Origin: a virus
Taxonomy: Duplodnaviria; Caudoviricetes
Length of the DNA stretch: 34,302 bases
IMG/VR virus record: IMGVR_UViG_3300020045_016612
Span: 1 to 34,302 of that record
Reading direction: 5' to 3' (one strand)
Below are positions 26,984-34,146 of this stretch, piece after piece. Position 1 is the first letter of the stretch. Each line of letters begins with the position of its first letter. The translations under genes were made by a program, and so were the position numbers. The notes beneath the pieces were generated by a model, which saw only the letters and a list, made by a program, of their open reading frames with translations, did not search any database and had not been told where the DNA came from.

Positions 26984-27195
26984 TGGCAGAACGAGGTCCG
27001 AATATTGACCGCCTTTTAATGCGCCTTAAAGACGTTATTATTATAGGAACGGCCGCATTCGCTTTGATTAAATGGCTTTATATTAATCCTCTCCAAGTTC
27101 AGGAGAGAGTGGATAGACAGGAACGATTACTTCAAATGATATTGGAGAAAATAGAACGAGTAGAGAGGCGAACTTTTCGTGAACGAGGTAACTAA
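26983..27195 (+). CDS. holin-like single-TM protein
   Basis: One hydrophobic segment (VIIIGTAAFALIKWLYI) plus coiled coil; coupled to the lysin gene. Confidence 0.55.
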   Translation: MAERGPNIDRLLMRLKDVIIIGTAAFALIKWLYINPLQVQERVDRQERLLQMILEKIERVERRTFRERGN

Positions 27196-27197
27196 TT

Positions 27198-27794
27198 TTG
27201 CTTCAACGCACATGGAATATAACAGCCTTTGGAGATATCCGGGGCTTTGGATCTTGGACGAGTCGGGCGGCTGTTTCCCGTGAGATAAAAGACCCGTTTA
27301 TCGAACGTTTCTATGCCCTTATGGATGAATACGTTCTTAAATACCGCGACGTTCATTTTAAGCGTGAAGGGGATGGATTTATGGCCTCCAAGAAATTTGA
27401 ATTTGGAAAAGATCAGAAGAACATCTGTGATTTTATTATTACTTTAAAAGACCTGACGCTTTCCATGTTAAAAGAAATCAAGAATTGTCCTGAAGAATTT
27501 GACGGCATTGTTCTTCGAATATTTGACGGTTATGTATATGAAATTATGTGCGTTGATGCGAACGATCCTGAGCGCAAGAGGAGGGTTCCAGAATATGTTG
27601 AATACTCCACAAATGGAGCGTCCCATCTTAAAGAAGTTAATCCAGAAATTCTTTGCTTGGCTACAAAAGGAACGGTTCGTGCCTTGGGGAAATACGGATC
27701 GGTTTTTCGGGTGCGGAACCTTGAGCAACCGTCATGTTACCCGTCGAGTCTCAATAAAGTTGATGTTGAGGGACTTAAAATACTTCGGTTCTAA
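27198..27794 (+). CDS. class III nucleotidyl cyclase-like protein
   Basis: FGDIRGF (D13), KREGDGFMA (K55, D59), RIFDGYV, EYVEYSTNGASHL (N139; canonical Arg is His143); TTG start with GAGGT RBS. Confidence 0.75.
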   Translation: MLQRTWNITAFGDIRGFGSWTSRAAVSREIKDPFIERFYALMDEYVLKYRDVHFKREGDGFMASKKFEFGKDQKNICDFIITLKDLTLSMLKEIKNCPEEFDGIVLRIFDGYVYEIMCVDANDPERKRRVPEYVEYSTNGASHLKEVNPEILCLATKGTVRALGKYGSVFRVRNLEQPSCYPSSLNKVDVEGLKILRF

Positions 27795-27807
27795 AAAGAA
27801 ATGAACC

Positions 27808-28041
27808 TTGGATTTTCATTCTGTAAGAAGATTTCAAAAGGTTTCGGCCACCGATATATTTGAAGGGGTCTATCTCGAAGGCTTGGATTCAAGTATGTCG
27901 GGTTCAAGACCGGGAATTGTTCTGACTCATAGGGATTGGGGCAACATTTATTTTGTTAAAGAACGAAAGTCATGGGGAGAAGAAGAATACTTTGATTTCG
28001 CCCAAGCCCGATTCCATCAACTTGGGATTTTAGATCCATGA
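27808..28041 (+). CDS. hypothetical protein
   Basis: 77-aa ORF filling the gap; start uncertain. Confidence 0.45.
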   Translation: MDFHSVRRFQKVSATDIFEGVYLEGLDSSMSGSRPGIVLTHRDWGNIYFVKERKSWGEEEYFDFAQARFHQLGILDP

Positions 28042-28199
28042 AACTCCTGGAATTATTGACGAAAGGCTTTAAACTAAGTTGGACGTGGGTTCTTCCTACG
28101 TTTGCAAAGAAGAACAAGGGGGATATAAATGATAACAAAGTTAAAAGATTGGCTATTAAAAGGTGTCATCCTTCGAAAGGTTTTAGGAAAGTACGTTAA
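28038..28199 (+). CDS. possible small hypothetical protein
   Basis: ATGA-coupled 53-aa ORF translated by hand; overlaps the next gene by 71 nt. Confidence 0.3.
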   Translation: MKLLELLTKGFKLSWTWVLPTFAKKNKGDINDNKVKRLAIKRCHPSKGFRKVR

Positions 28200-28395
28200 A
28201 CATGCCATCGGTGCCTTGGCGGGAATGGCTGCGGCCAATCCTGTCCTTAAAGACGCTGGCGTTACGATTGATTGGAATCAATTGGAAACCTGGGCGGTTC
28301 CTGCTTTGATCGGTCTTTTTGGTGCGGCATGGAATTATATCGAACACCGATTCATAAAGAAACCTTCTGCGACCCCGACGGTTGAAACTCACTAA
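28129..28395 (+). CDS. holin-like membrane protein
   Basis: AAGGGGG RBS; two moderately hydrophobic segments ending in GLFGAAWNYIEH, basic tail. Confidence 0.6.
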   Translation: MITKLKDWLLKGVILRKVLGKYVKHAIGALAGMAAANPVLKDAGVTIDWNQLETWAVPALIGLFGAAWNYIEHRFIKKPSATPTVETH

Positions 28396-28585
28396 CGATT
28401 TAATTGGTTGTCGAATTCGACAAATCTATTGGCCCGCTGACGAATGGATCGAAGTCGAGTATATAGGCCGCGATTTTGCTATCGGTACAAACGAGAAAGG
28501 CAAAGAAGTCATCCTTCCTTATGATAAAGAGTCCGAAGAATGGCTGCTCTGCCGGAAAGCGCTCCCGCCTGAAGAAAGAGAATAA
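28382..28585 (+). CDS. hypothetical protein
   Basis: 67 aa, short beta strands (SH3-like pattern). Confidence 0.5.
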   Translation: MKLTNDLIGCRIRQIYWPADEWIEVEYIGRDFAIGTNEKGKEVILPYDKESEEWLLCRKALPPEERE

Positions 28586-28614
28586 AAATTCCCTTACCCC
28601 GCTTTTTATTATTG

Positions 28615-28643
28615 TTGACAAAGGTATCAGTATCCAATAACAT
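28615..28643 (+). promoter_or_regulatory. sigma70-type promoter of the early/recombination operon
   Basis: TTGACA-17 nt-TAACAT with AT-rich upstream; 7 nt to ATG 28651. Confidence 0.7.
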
Positions 28644-28650
28644 CTTTCTT

Positions 28651-28788
28651 ATGGAAAAGAAATGTCCCCGCTGTAAACAAAATTTCATCTCGAAAGATTT
28701 CCGCAAAGTTTATTGCTCGCTTAAATGCAGGTATGAGTTTGCACAGATAAACTATTGGAAGAAAAAAGAAAACGGGAAGAAAAAATGA
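28651..28788 (+). CDS. small zinc-binding protein, probably leaderless (not in ORF track)
   Basis: MEKKCPRCKQNFISKDFRKVYCSLKCRYEFAQINYWKKKENGKKK; ATGA overlap with the nuclease gene. Confidence 0.7.
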   Translation: MEKKCPRCKQNFISKDFRKVYCSLKCRYEFAQINYWKKKENGKKK

Positions 28789-29606
28789 CCATTGCTGAGC
28801 ATAAAATGGACAAGGATGAAAGATGGTATCCGTGTCCCCTATGTAAAAGTGAACATCCGTCTGTCACCACCGTTTTGGACGTTATCGGATCTAAAATATT
28901 AATGGGTTGGAAACAGAAGATGGGGACGAAGAAACTTTTGATGTACGAAACTCTTTTGTCCAACGAAGTTAGCCTGGACCTTATTAAAGATTTAAGAGGA
29001 AGACTTCAAGCCAAATGGGAGGCGTTGGGTGAAACCACCGATTTTTGGAAAAACGGGACGGAGATGTCAAAAGAAGCGGCGGATTTTGGAACAATCGCTC
29101 ACGCAGCTTTTGAAATGCATCTCCAAGGGCGACCGGTTGATAAACAAAATCTTCCTGGACCATCTAAAAACGCATTTGAAGTATTTGAAAAGTTCTGGAA
29201 AGAAAACGAAATCGAAACGATAGACACGGAAAAGACCTTTTACAATTGTTCTTTAGGTTATGCGGGGACGGCTGATTGGCGAGGTCGAGTCAATGGAAAA
29301 TTGACGTTGGCGGACTGGAAGACAAGTACCGGCATATTTGAAAAAAATGTCATCCAGTGTTGGTCGAATGTTATTAGTGACGAGATGCAAAACGGAGACA
29401 TTGTTTACGAGCAAATTCTTATCGGTCGTTTTGGTAAAGATGGATCAACGGACATTTTAATTGTTCCCAGAAGAGGTTTAGAAGGTGGTTTTGGAGGATA
29501 CGAGCAATCCCGGATTTTGATTCAAGCCTGTATCCCTTGGTTTGACTACAAGAGACAATGGACACAGAAATTTCCATACAGAGGAAAACAAAAGGAGAAA
29601 ATATGA
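28785..29606 (+). CDS. PD-(D/E)XK exonuclease (phage recombination nuclease)
   Basis: PSVTTVL, AADFGTIAH, TE....YAGTAD...LADWKTS...Q; start at the ATGA overlap 28785. Confidence 0.88.
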   Translation: MTIAEHKMDKDERWYPCPLCKSEHPSVTTVLDVIGSKILMGWKQKMGTKKLLMYETLLSNEVSLDLIKDLRGRLQAKWEALGETTDFWKNGTEMSKEAADFGTIAHAAFEMHLQGRPVDKQNLPGPSKNAFEVFEKFWKENEIETIDTEKTFYNCSLGYAGTADWRGRVNGKLTLADWKTSTGIFEKNVIQCWSNVISDEMQNGDIVYEQILIGRFGKDGSTDILIVPRRGLEGGFGGYEQSRILIQACIPWFDYKRQWTQKFPYRGKQKEKI

Positions 29607-30040
29607 GTTTTATAGATTTAACAATTGAAGGCAGTTCTGATTACTTGAAGTTAACGGCGGGGACGGTGGTTACTTTTAACATCTTAACCCGAAGTCCCAG
29701 TAAAGAGGTTATTCATTGGGAGAATAAAAAGAAGGCCCTTTGTTCGGGTAAAGATTGCGATATGTGCGCCGAAGGGAATAAGCCGAAACAGAGATGGACA
29801 ATAGATGTATGGGACCGAAAAGACTTTAAAGTCAAGAAGTTTGAATTCGGAGCTTCCATCGCTTCTCAACTTAAGTCTATTGCGGAGATGATGGCTGAAA
29901 GCAATCAAACTATTCATGATACTGATATCAGGATCAAGACGGAAGGGAGTGGAATCGACACCGAGTATTCGGTTTTGCACGTCCCCAAAGGGCCAGCTTT
30001 GCCACAAGACGTGACAGACAAATATGAGGTGCCCTTTTGA
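29603..30040 (+). CDS. ssDNA-binding protein (T4 gp32-like OB fold)
   Basis: AAGGAG RBS; YLKL, HW...C....CDMC, V.KFEFG.SI, DIRIK.EGSG.DTEY, acidic tail ending EVPF. Confidence 0.7.
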   Translation: MSFIDLTIEGSSDYLKLTAGTVVTFNILTRSPSKEVIHWENKKKALCSGKDCDMCAEGNKPKQRWTIDVWDRKDFKVKKFEFGASIASQLKSIAEMMAESNQTIHDTDIRIKTEGSGIDTEYSVLHVPKGPALPQDVTDKYEVPF

Positions 30041-30231
30041 AGAAGAAAAATAAGAATCTAAAAATGTATCAGTTTTTTGAATTCTTTGGTGTTGCCGAAT
30101 CTAAAAAAGGTGGTTTGATAAGGATTTTTGAAAAACATGGCGGTCTTATTACTGCTGATAGACGTGATTGTTTAATTTCCGATGATGGAAAGAAAATAGC
30201 AATTAAAAAGGGGCGGTTTTCATTCCAATGA
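30037..30231 (+). CDS. hypothetical protein
   Basis: TTGA/ATGA overlaps on both sides, GAGGT RBS. Confidence 0.5.
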   Translation: MKKKNKNLKMYQFFEFFGVAESKKGGLIRIFEKHGGLITADRRDCLISDDGKKIAIKKGRFSFQ

Positions 30232-30629
30232 TTTTAGACGACTTCGTTAATTGGCACTCAAAAATAGCCCCTGAGATTCAAGACGTATTGGGTCTTTTGA
30301 GTGTAAAGCTCGATAAGGAACCTGAAGGATTGATTAATGACCTCATGGTTATAGAAACGTGGAATGGACGCTTAATGGAGCTTCTAGCTCATGCTAACGG
30401 CTTTCTAGACAGGGCCAAGGGAGAACTTTTGCCAGATAAAGACTCGGGGACGGAATTAACTCGAAAGATCAGTCTAGACGCTCAAGTCGCCCCCCTAAGA
30501 GTCGTTCGGGATACCTTGGAAGGCCTTTGTGACGCGATTAAACAGAGGCTTATTCTTGGGGAATCTATTTTAAGCTACACGAAGAATTTTCCAGAAAGAA
30601 AACCACGAGAGGTATTAAGTCCTTTCTAA
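30228..30629 (+). CDS. hypothetical helical protein
   Basis: 133 aa, coupled, in the recombination cluster. Confidence 0.6.
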   Translation: MILDDFVNWHSKIAPEIQDVLGLLSVKLDKEPEGLINDLMVIETWNGRLMELLAHANGFLDRAKGELLPDKDSGTELTRKISLDAQVAPLRVVRDTLEGLCDAIKQRLILGESILSYTKNFPERKPREVLSPF

Positions 30630-30640
30630 GGAGGCACTCC

Positions 30641-30829
30641 ATGAAAGACAAGATGGGAAGAGATAGTATCAATCGAAGAAACAGCAAACTTAAATTAAGT
30701 CTTAAAGACGTTGAAACCATCCGTAAAAGCTGGCCTGATAAATCCCAGTCTCAATTAGCAAGAGAGTATCGAATCAATCCTTCTACCGTTCATCGAATCG
30801 TTAATAATATGACTAGGATGATTTCGTGA
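30641..30829 (+). CDS. stand-alone HTH protein resembling the C-terminal DNA-binding domain of HNH endonucleases
   Basis: AAGGAGG RBS; KLSLKDVETIR...SQSQLAREYRINPSTVHRIV. Confidence 0.75.
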   Translation: MKDKMGRDSINRRNSKLKLSLKDVETIRKSWPDKSQSQLAREYRINPSTVHRIVNNMTRMIS

Positions 30830-31713
30830 AAAATACAGGTATCGGGATAACTGAAGATGAAAATATCGAGTCGCTTTTCAAAGTTGCGTTGCCAGTCGAG
30901 AAACTAAAAAACGGTAATGGCTATTTGGGGGTAGTTCTCCGAGATATTCAGGAAGATAAGATTCAGTGCCATGAATGCGGAAAATGGTATCAGCATCTTC
31001 TCGCCCATGTTTTCAATACACACCACAAGGATCAAAGATCTTATCGTATGAAGTATCAACTTCCCCTGAATTTCCCTTTGGTGAGCAAACGATTTTCTAG
31101 TAATCAATCGAAGTGGGCCACTATCAACAACAATTTTCATCCGCGTGAACGAAAAAAGAATCTAATTAAGGCGCGGAAGTATTTCCATAAGTCATTCGCA
31201 CAAAAAAAACTAAGGGAAAGCCATAGGTACGTTAAAAACAATCGCTCTTTTGAAAATAAGCTCGGGCTATGCCCTCAACAAATTCTACGTCGGTATATGA
31301 TTGTTAAAACACAGGTAAAACGAGAGCCGAGTCAGGGAGATATTGTTCATTATGATCATGCTTTACTTGGAGCGATCCGTGTTCGATATGGGAACTTGAA
31401 TAATTTCAGAAAAGACAAGGGATTTAAAGTCGTACCGCGCCCGGATGTTCTGGAAAAAGATCAGATCATTGCGGCTCTTCGTTCATGGGTACGAAATCAT
31501 AATCGAATACCTCGCGCTCGGGATTTCAGGAAAAAAGGAATGTCGCCATGTGATTTTACTATACGCAAAAGATTCGGATCTTTTCGGAAAGCATTGGAGG
31601 CGAGTGGACTTGGAGAGGTGGGTGAGCGGATTAAACCGTCAATCTTGAAAATTGATACTCAGATTAAATCTGGGTCACAAGTTCGAATCTTGTCCTCTCC
31701 GAAAGCTACTTGA
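30826..31713 (+). CDS. MucR-like zinc finger plus homing-endonuclease-associated repeats
   Basis: KIQCHECGKWY..L..H....H....YR..Y.L; repeats ending RYGNLNNFR and IIAALR.W......P....TIRKRFGSFRKALEASGL. Confidence 0.75.
   Translation: MKNTGIGITEDENIESLFKVALPVEKLKNGNGYLGVVLRDIQEDKIQCHECGKWYQHLLAHVFNTHHKDQRSYRMKYQLPLNFPLVSKRFSSNQSKWATINNNFHPRERKKNLIKARKYFHKSFAQKKLRESHRYVKNNRSFENKLGLCPQQILRRYMIVKTQVKREPSQGDIVHYDHALLGAIRVRYGNLNNFRKDKGFKVVPRPDVLEKDQIIAALRSWVRNHNRIPRARDFRKKGMSPCDFTIRKRFGSFRKALEASGLGEVGERIKPSILKIDTQIKSGSQVRILSSPKAT
31612..31701 (+). tRNA. tRNA-Ser(TGA)
   Basis: Acceptor GGAGAGG/CCTCTCC + discriminator G; D arm GGTGAGCGGATTAAACC; anticodon arm TCAAT-CTTGAAA-ATTGA; long variable arm CTCAGA-TTAAA-TCTGGG; T arm ACAAG-TTCGAAT-CTTGT; no encoded CCA. 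Confidence 0.9.
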
Positions 31714-31725
31714 CCGAAGGATTTT

Positions 31726-31929
31726 ATGCAAATGAATAACGTGACTGAAAAACTAGATCGTATCCGTAAAATTTCCAACATCATTCAAGCGCTAGAAAAC
31801 GTGTTGGTTCAATGTGAAGGAATGGAAGAAGTGGACGTGCTGGATATTGTAGTGGAGGCAAGTACGAATCTATCGATTATGAAAGAAAGGCTTAAAGGTG
31901 AAATCCATAGCTCGGAGGAACTAGAATGA
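31726..31929 (+). CDS. hypothetical helical protein
   Basis: AAGGA RBS; 67 aa. Confidence 0.6.
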   Translation: MQMNNVTEKLDRIRKISNIIQALENVLVQCEGMEEVDVLDIVVEASTNLSIMKERLKGEIHSSEELE

Positions 31930-32105
31930 ATCTCCTTTTCATCGCCCTTGTTCTCTTAACTGCTTGTATCAGTCCTTCCTACCATAGGAGAAAAATAAGA
32001 GAACTTCAAGAAAACATCGCTTCAAGAGACAAGGACGTGGTGAAAGTAAACGACCCTGATCTCTATCTGTGTGAGTGCGGACGATTTCATCATGAGTTTA
32101 AGTAA
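31926..32105 (+). CDS. small putative lipoprotein (not in ORF track)
   Basis: MNLLFIALVLLTACISPSYHRRKIRELQENIASRDKDVVKVNDPDLYLCECGRFHHEFK; GGAGG RBS, LTA-C lipobox. Confidence 0.7.
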   Translation: MNLLFIALVLLTACISPSYHRRKIRELQENIASRDKDVVKVNDPDLYLCECGRFHHEFK

Positions 32106-32238
32106 AAAACTTATCGCTTCATTCCTAACCGGGGGCGTATCATATTGTATGTGTCGTTTAATGGGACTGGAGCATAACCACAGCGCTGCTGTGATGATTG
32201 TTGTTTACTTTTGCAACAGCCCATGGGAAAGAAAATAA
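32092..32238 (+). CDS. small hydrophobic protein
   Basis: 48-aa ORF translated by hand, two short hydrophobic stretches. Confidence 0.4.
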   Translation: MSLSKKLIASFLTGGVSYCMCRLMGLEHNHSAAVMIVVYFCNSPWERK

Positions 32239-32242
32239 TTTA

Positions 32243-32338
32243 TCTCACGCCCTGGTGACGTTTGCAAGCGCACAGTATCCTGCTCTCCCGAAAGGGAATA
32301 AAAAGAGTGTGCGGTGCTAGACGAACCACGGGCTGAGA
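32243..32338 (+). ncRNA. candidate structured RNA (96-nt irregular hairpin)
   Basis: Nested helices TCTCA/TGAGA, GCCC/GGGC, TGGT/ACCA, CGTTT/AGACG, GCA/TGC, CGCACA/TGTGCG, CTCT/AGAG, CCC-GAAA-GGG. Confidence 0.55.
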
Positions 32339-32342
32339 GATT

Positions 32343-32522
32343 TTGAAGGATAAGTTCAAATTGATCGAAAGAAGGAATCTGAATCAAAGGCGACGCTATC
32401 GGTTCTTTCTCGTCGTTCATGTTCCTGTCGACAAAAAGCTTCAAAAAGGATTTCTTCAAGTAGTTCGCTCATTTGAGTTAAGACGTACGAAAGGGAAGAA
32501 GGTTACAAGGGGGAAGGAATGA
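32343..32522 (+). CDS. possible basic hypothetical protein
   Basis: 59-aa TTG-start ORF with ATGA overlap to 32519. Confidence 0.4.
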   Translation: MKDKFKLIERRNLNQRRRYRFFLVVHVPVDKKLQKGFLQVVRSFELRRTKGKKVTRGKE

Positions 32523-32863
32523 AAGCCGCCAGAGCGAGAGAGATCATTCGTGACATAGAAGCATTGAGTGGCAATCGAAAAGAATACCCTTTGGCGTATT
32601 TTGAAGCGGCGGGGTATCTCTCCGCCCTCGAAGGCCCGGAAGTCCGTGCGTTGCAGGAGAGGGTTAAGGAGCTTGAGGGGGCTTTGGAATTGTCAAAAAA
32701 TATACCGGAACTGAATATGGCAAATTATACCGATGACGAAGTGGCCGAGCTGAACGGAATCGTTACAGAAATTTGCCTTGCTCAGGAGTCAGCTCTCGCC
32801 AAGAACCATATTGGTGACGTCAATAAAAAGGTTCGACCCTCACACAAACGACCAAGAATTTGA
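32519..32863 (+). CDS. hypothetical protein, 3' end crosses the strand-switch junction
   Basis: G-rich RBS; coiled coil; last ~10 codons lie in the antisense of the replication gene. Confidence 0.6.
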   Translation: MKAARAREIIRDIEALSGNRKEYPLAYFEAAGYLSALEGPEVRALQERVKELEGALELSKNIPELNMANYTDDEVAELNGIVTEICLAQESALAKNHIGDVNKKVRPSHKRPRI

Positions 32864-33462
32864 GCTTTTAAAATAACCGCCTCAAGGGTGTGGTTTTTAA
32901 TCAAGTTGGCGGCAATTATGTATTGCTCTTTTCCAGCTTTAAAAGGATGCCCAATCATACCCTCATAAGTTTTTCGGAAGTTAGCGACAAAAGAGACGTG
33001 GGGAGGGGAGCCATTTGTTTCCCCCACACCCCCTTCTTTAAAGACAACTACATCCTTAGCTTTATCCTTATCCTTATCCTTATCCTTAAGGGTTATATAA
33101 CCCTTTCCAAAGAGTTCAATAACCCTTTCGTAACCCTTCTCTTCTTTTAGCTTGATAATCACACCTTTTGTTGTAGAAACATCCATTGATAGCCCAGAGG
33201 GGTATTGGAATTTTAAAAACTTAGGAATGAACCATTTCCCGCTTTCCAACAAAAAAACACGACCCTTAAATTCTTCTTCAAGAACCCTTTCGAAGTCTAT
33301 GGGAGCCCTTATAAAAGACTTTACTAACCCTTTCGTAGGCTTCCAGATTCCAGCATGGTCACAATTGTCTAGGATATAAATCCAAAACAACTTGAGAGTA
33401 TCTGGCAAGTCAAAAAACCAATCATCCTTCCACTTCTCAGAATCAGTAAACCTTTTGGACAT
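32782..33462 (-). CDS. phage replication initiator / replisome organiser, probably C-terminally truncated
   Basis: GGAGGG RBS; MSKRFTD.EKW.D.WF..L....KL.WIY.LD.CD.AG winged-helix N-terminus, W.IP.F.K.Q, DKDKDKDK linker, EGGVGE. Confidence 0.8.
   Translation of the reverse strand: MSKRFTDSEKWKDDWFFDLPDTLKLFWIYILDNCDHAGIWKPTKGLVKSFIRAPIDFERVLEEEFKGRVFLLESGKWFIPKFLKFQYPSGLSMDVSTTKGVIIKLKEEKGYERVIELFGKGYITLKDKDKDKDKAKDVVVFKEGGVGETNGSPPHVSFVANFRKTYEGMIGHPFKAGKEQYIIAANLIKNHTLEAVILKAQILGRLCEGRTFLLTSPIWFLARADS
33051..33335. repeat. iteron-like repeats / putative replication origin
   Basis: TATCCT tandem run, perfect 18-bp palindrome AAGGGTTATATAACCCTT (33088-33105), and (T/G)AACCCTT at 33098, 33120, 33131, 33282, 33325. 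Confidence 0.65.
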
Positions 33463-33543
33463 TAATATCCCTCCAAAATAAAATAGGGCCAGAGGCTCTT
33501 TAATGTCGGCGAAGACTTTACGGAGCGTAGCCCAAATTGATAT

Positions 33544-33577
33544 AAAAAAACCTCTAACGGAAAACCGCTAAAGGTTT
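33544..33577 (-). terminator. intrinsic terminator in the leader of the replication gene
   Basis: - strand AAACCTTTAGCGG-tttt-CCGTTAGAGGTTT (13 bp incl. G-U) running into a T7 tract. Confidence 0.7.
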
Positions 33578-33614
33578 CGTATTGTCGTAAAAAAACTGTC
33601 TTCGCCATTTTTTA

Positions 33615-33643
33615 ATTCAATAAATATTATTTTTTATTGTCAA
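33615..33643 (-). promoter_or_regulatory. sigma70-type promoter for the replication gene
   Basis: - strand TTGACA-17 nt-TTGAAT; the -10 box is imperfect. Confidence 0.5.
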
Positions 33644-33755
33644 GAAGTTTCGCACAGTTATTACAAAGCCCCTCAATCTCCCCATCTTCAAATTCTAAAT
33701 ATGTGAGGGGTTTTTTGCATTTATCGCAAAGCCAAACGTCTGATAATTTTTTCAT
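33627..33755 (-). CDS. small zinc-ribbon protein (not in ORF track)
   Basis: MKKLSDVWLCDKCKKPLTYLEFEDGEIEGLCNNCAKLLDNKK; GGGGAG RBS, ATGA overlap. Confidence 0.6.
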   Translation of the reverse strand: MKKLSDVWLCDKCKKPLTYLEFEDGEIEGLCNNCAKLLDNKK

Positions 33756-33916
33756 TTCTCCCCTTCGCTTTGGAGCTTTAATATTTCCATTGATTCAATT
33801 TTCTTCCAAAGTTTTCGTATCTGTAAAACGGTAACTTTTTTATCTTTCTTTGAAGGTTTATAAATCCACCAAGAATACGTTGTCTTATTCAATTGTCCTG
33901 TCTTTTTCTTGTTCAT
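33752..33916 (-). CDS. small hypothetical protein (not in ORF track)
   Basis: 54 aa ending ILKLQSEGEK; ATGA overlaps on both sides. Confidence 0.55.
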   Translation of the reverse strand: MNKKKTGQLNKTTYSWWIYKPSKKDKKVTVLQIRKLWKKIESMEILKLQSEGEK

Positions 33917-34137
33917 TTCCCATCTTCACTTTGGAGCTTTAAGATAGAACACCGAGCGCATTGACATAAAGATTTATCCTCGGTTAGGCAGATGAAATGA
34001 TCGGCATCTTTAACCCCTCTCGCATCCCATCCTTCGATGAAACCTGTTGCTTGCCAGAATTCATCATTGATATGACGGTCAGCCACAATCTTCCGCGCTT
34101 TGTTAATCGTCATCCCTTCGTCTTGTTTGTTGGTCAT
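33913..34137 (-). CDS. hypothetical protein
   Basis: GAGGA RBS; 74 aa ending ILKLQSEDGK. Confidence 0.6.
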   Translation of the reverse strand: MTNKQDEGMTINKARKIVADRHINDEFWQATGFIEGWDARGVKDADHFICLTEDKSLCQCARCSILKLQSEDGK

Positions 34138-34146
34138 ATGAGTCCT

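Noticed and set aside
28785-29606. Cas4/CRISPR association of the PD-(D/E)XK nuclease
   Set aside because: No repeat-spacer array or other cas genes; the context with an SSB fits phage recombination
847-30007. Numerous 60-150 aa antisense or alternate-frame ORFs within long genes
   Set aside because: They overlap well-supported genes and lack RBSs or motifs
31644-31650. tRNA as a UGA suppressor, or alternative genetic code
   Set aside because: Anticodon TGA reads UCA (Ser), not UGA; core genes are intact under code 11 and use TAA, TAG and TGA as stops
31701-31725. tRNA-associated HDV-like ribozyme or attachment site after the tRNA
   Set aside because: Only ~24 nt before the next start, no nested pseudoknot pattern, no duplicated tRNA 3' end and no integrase in the window
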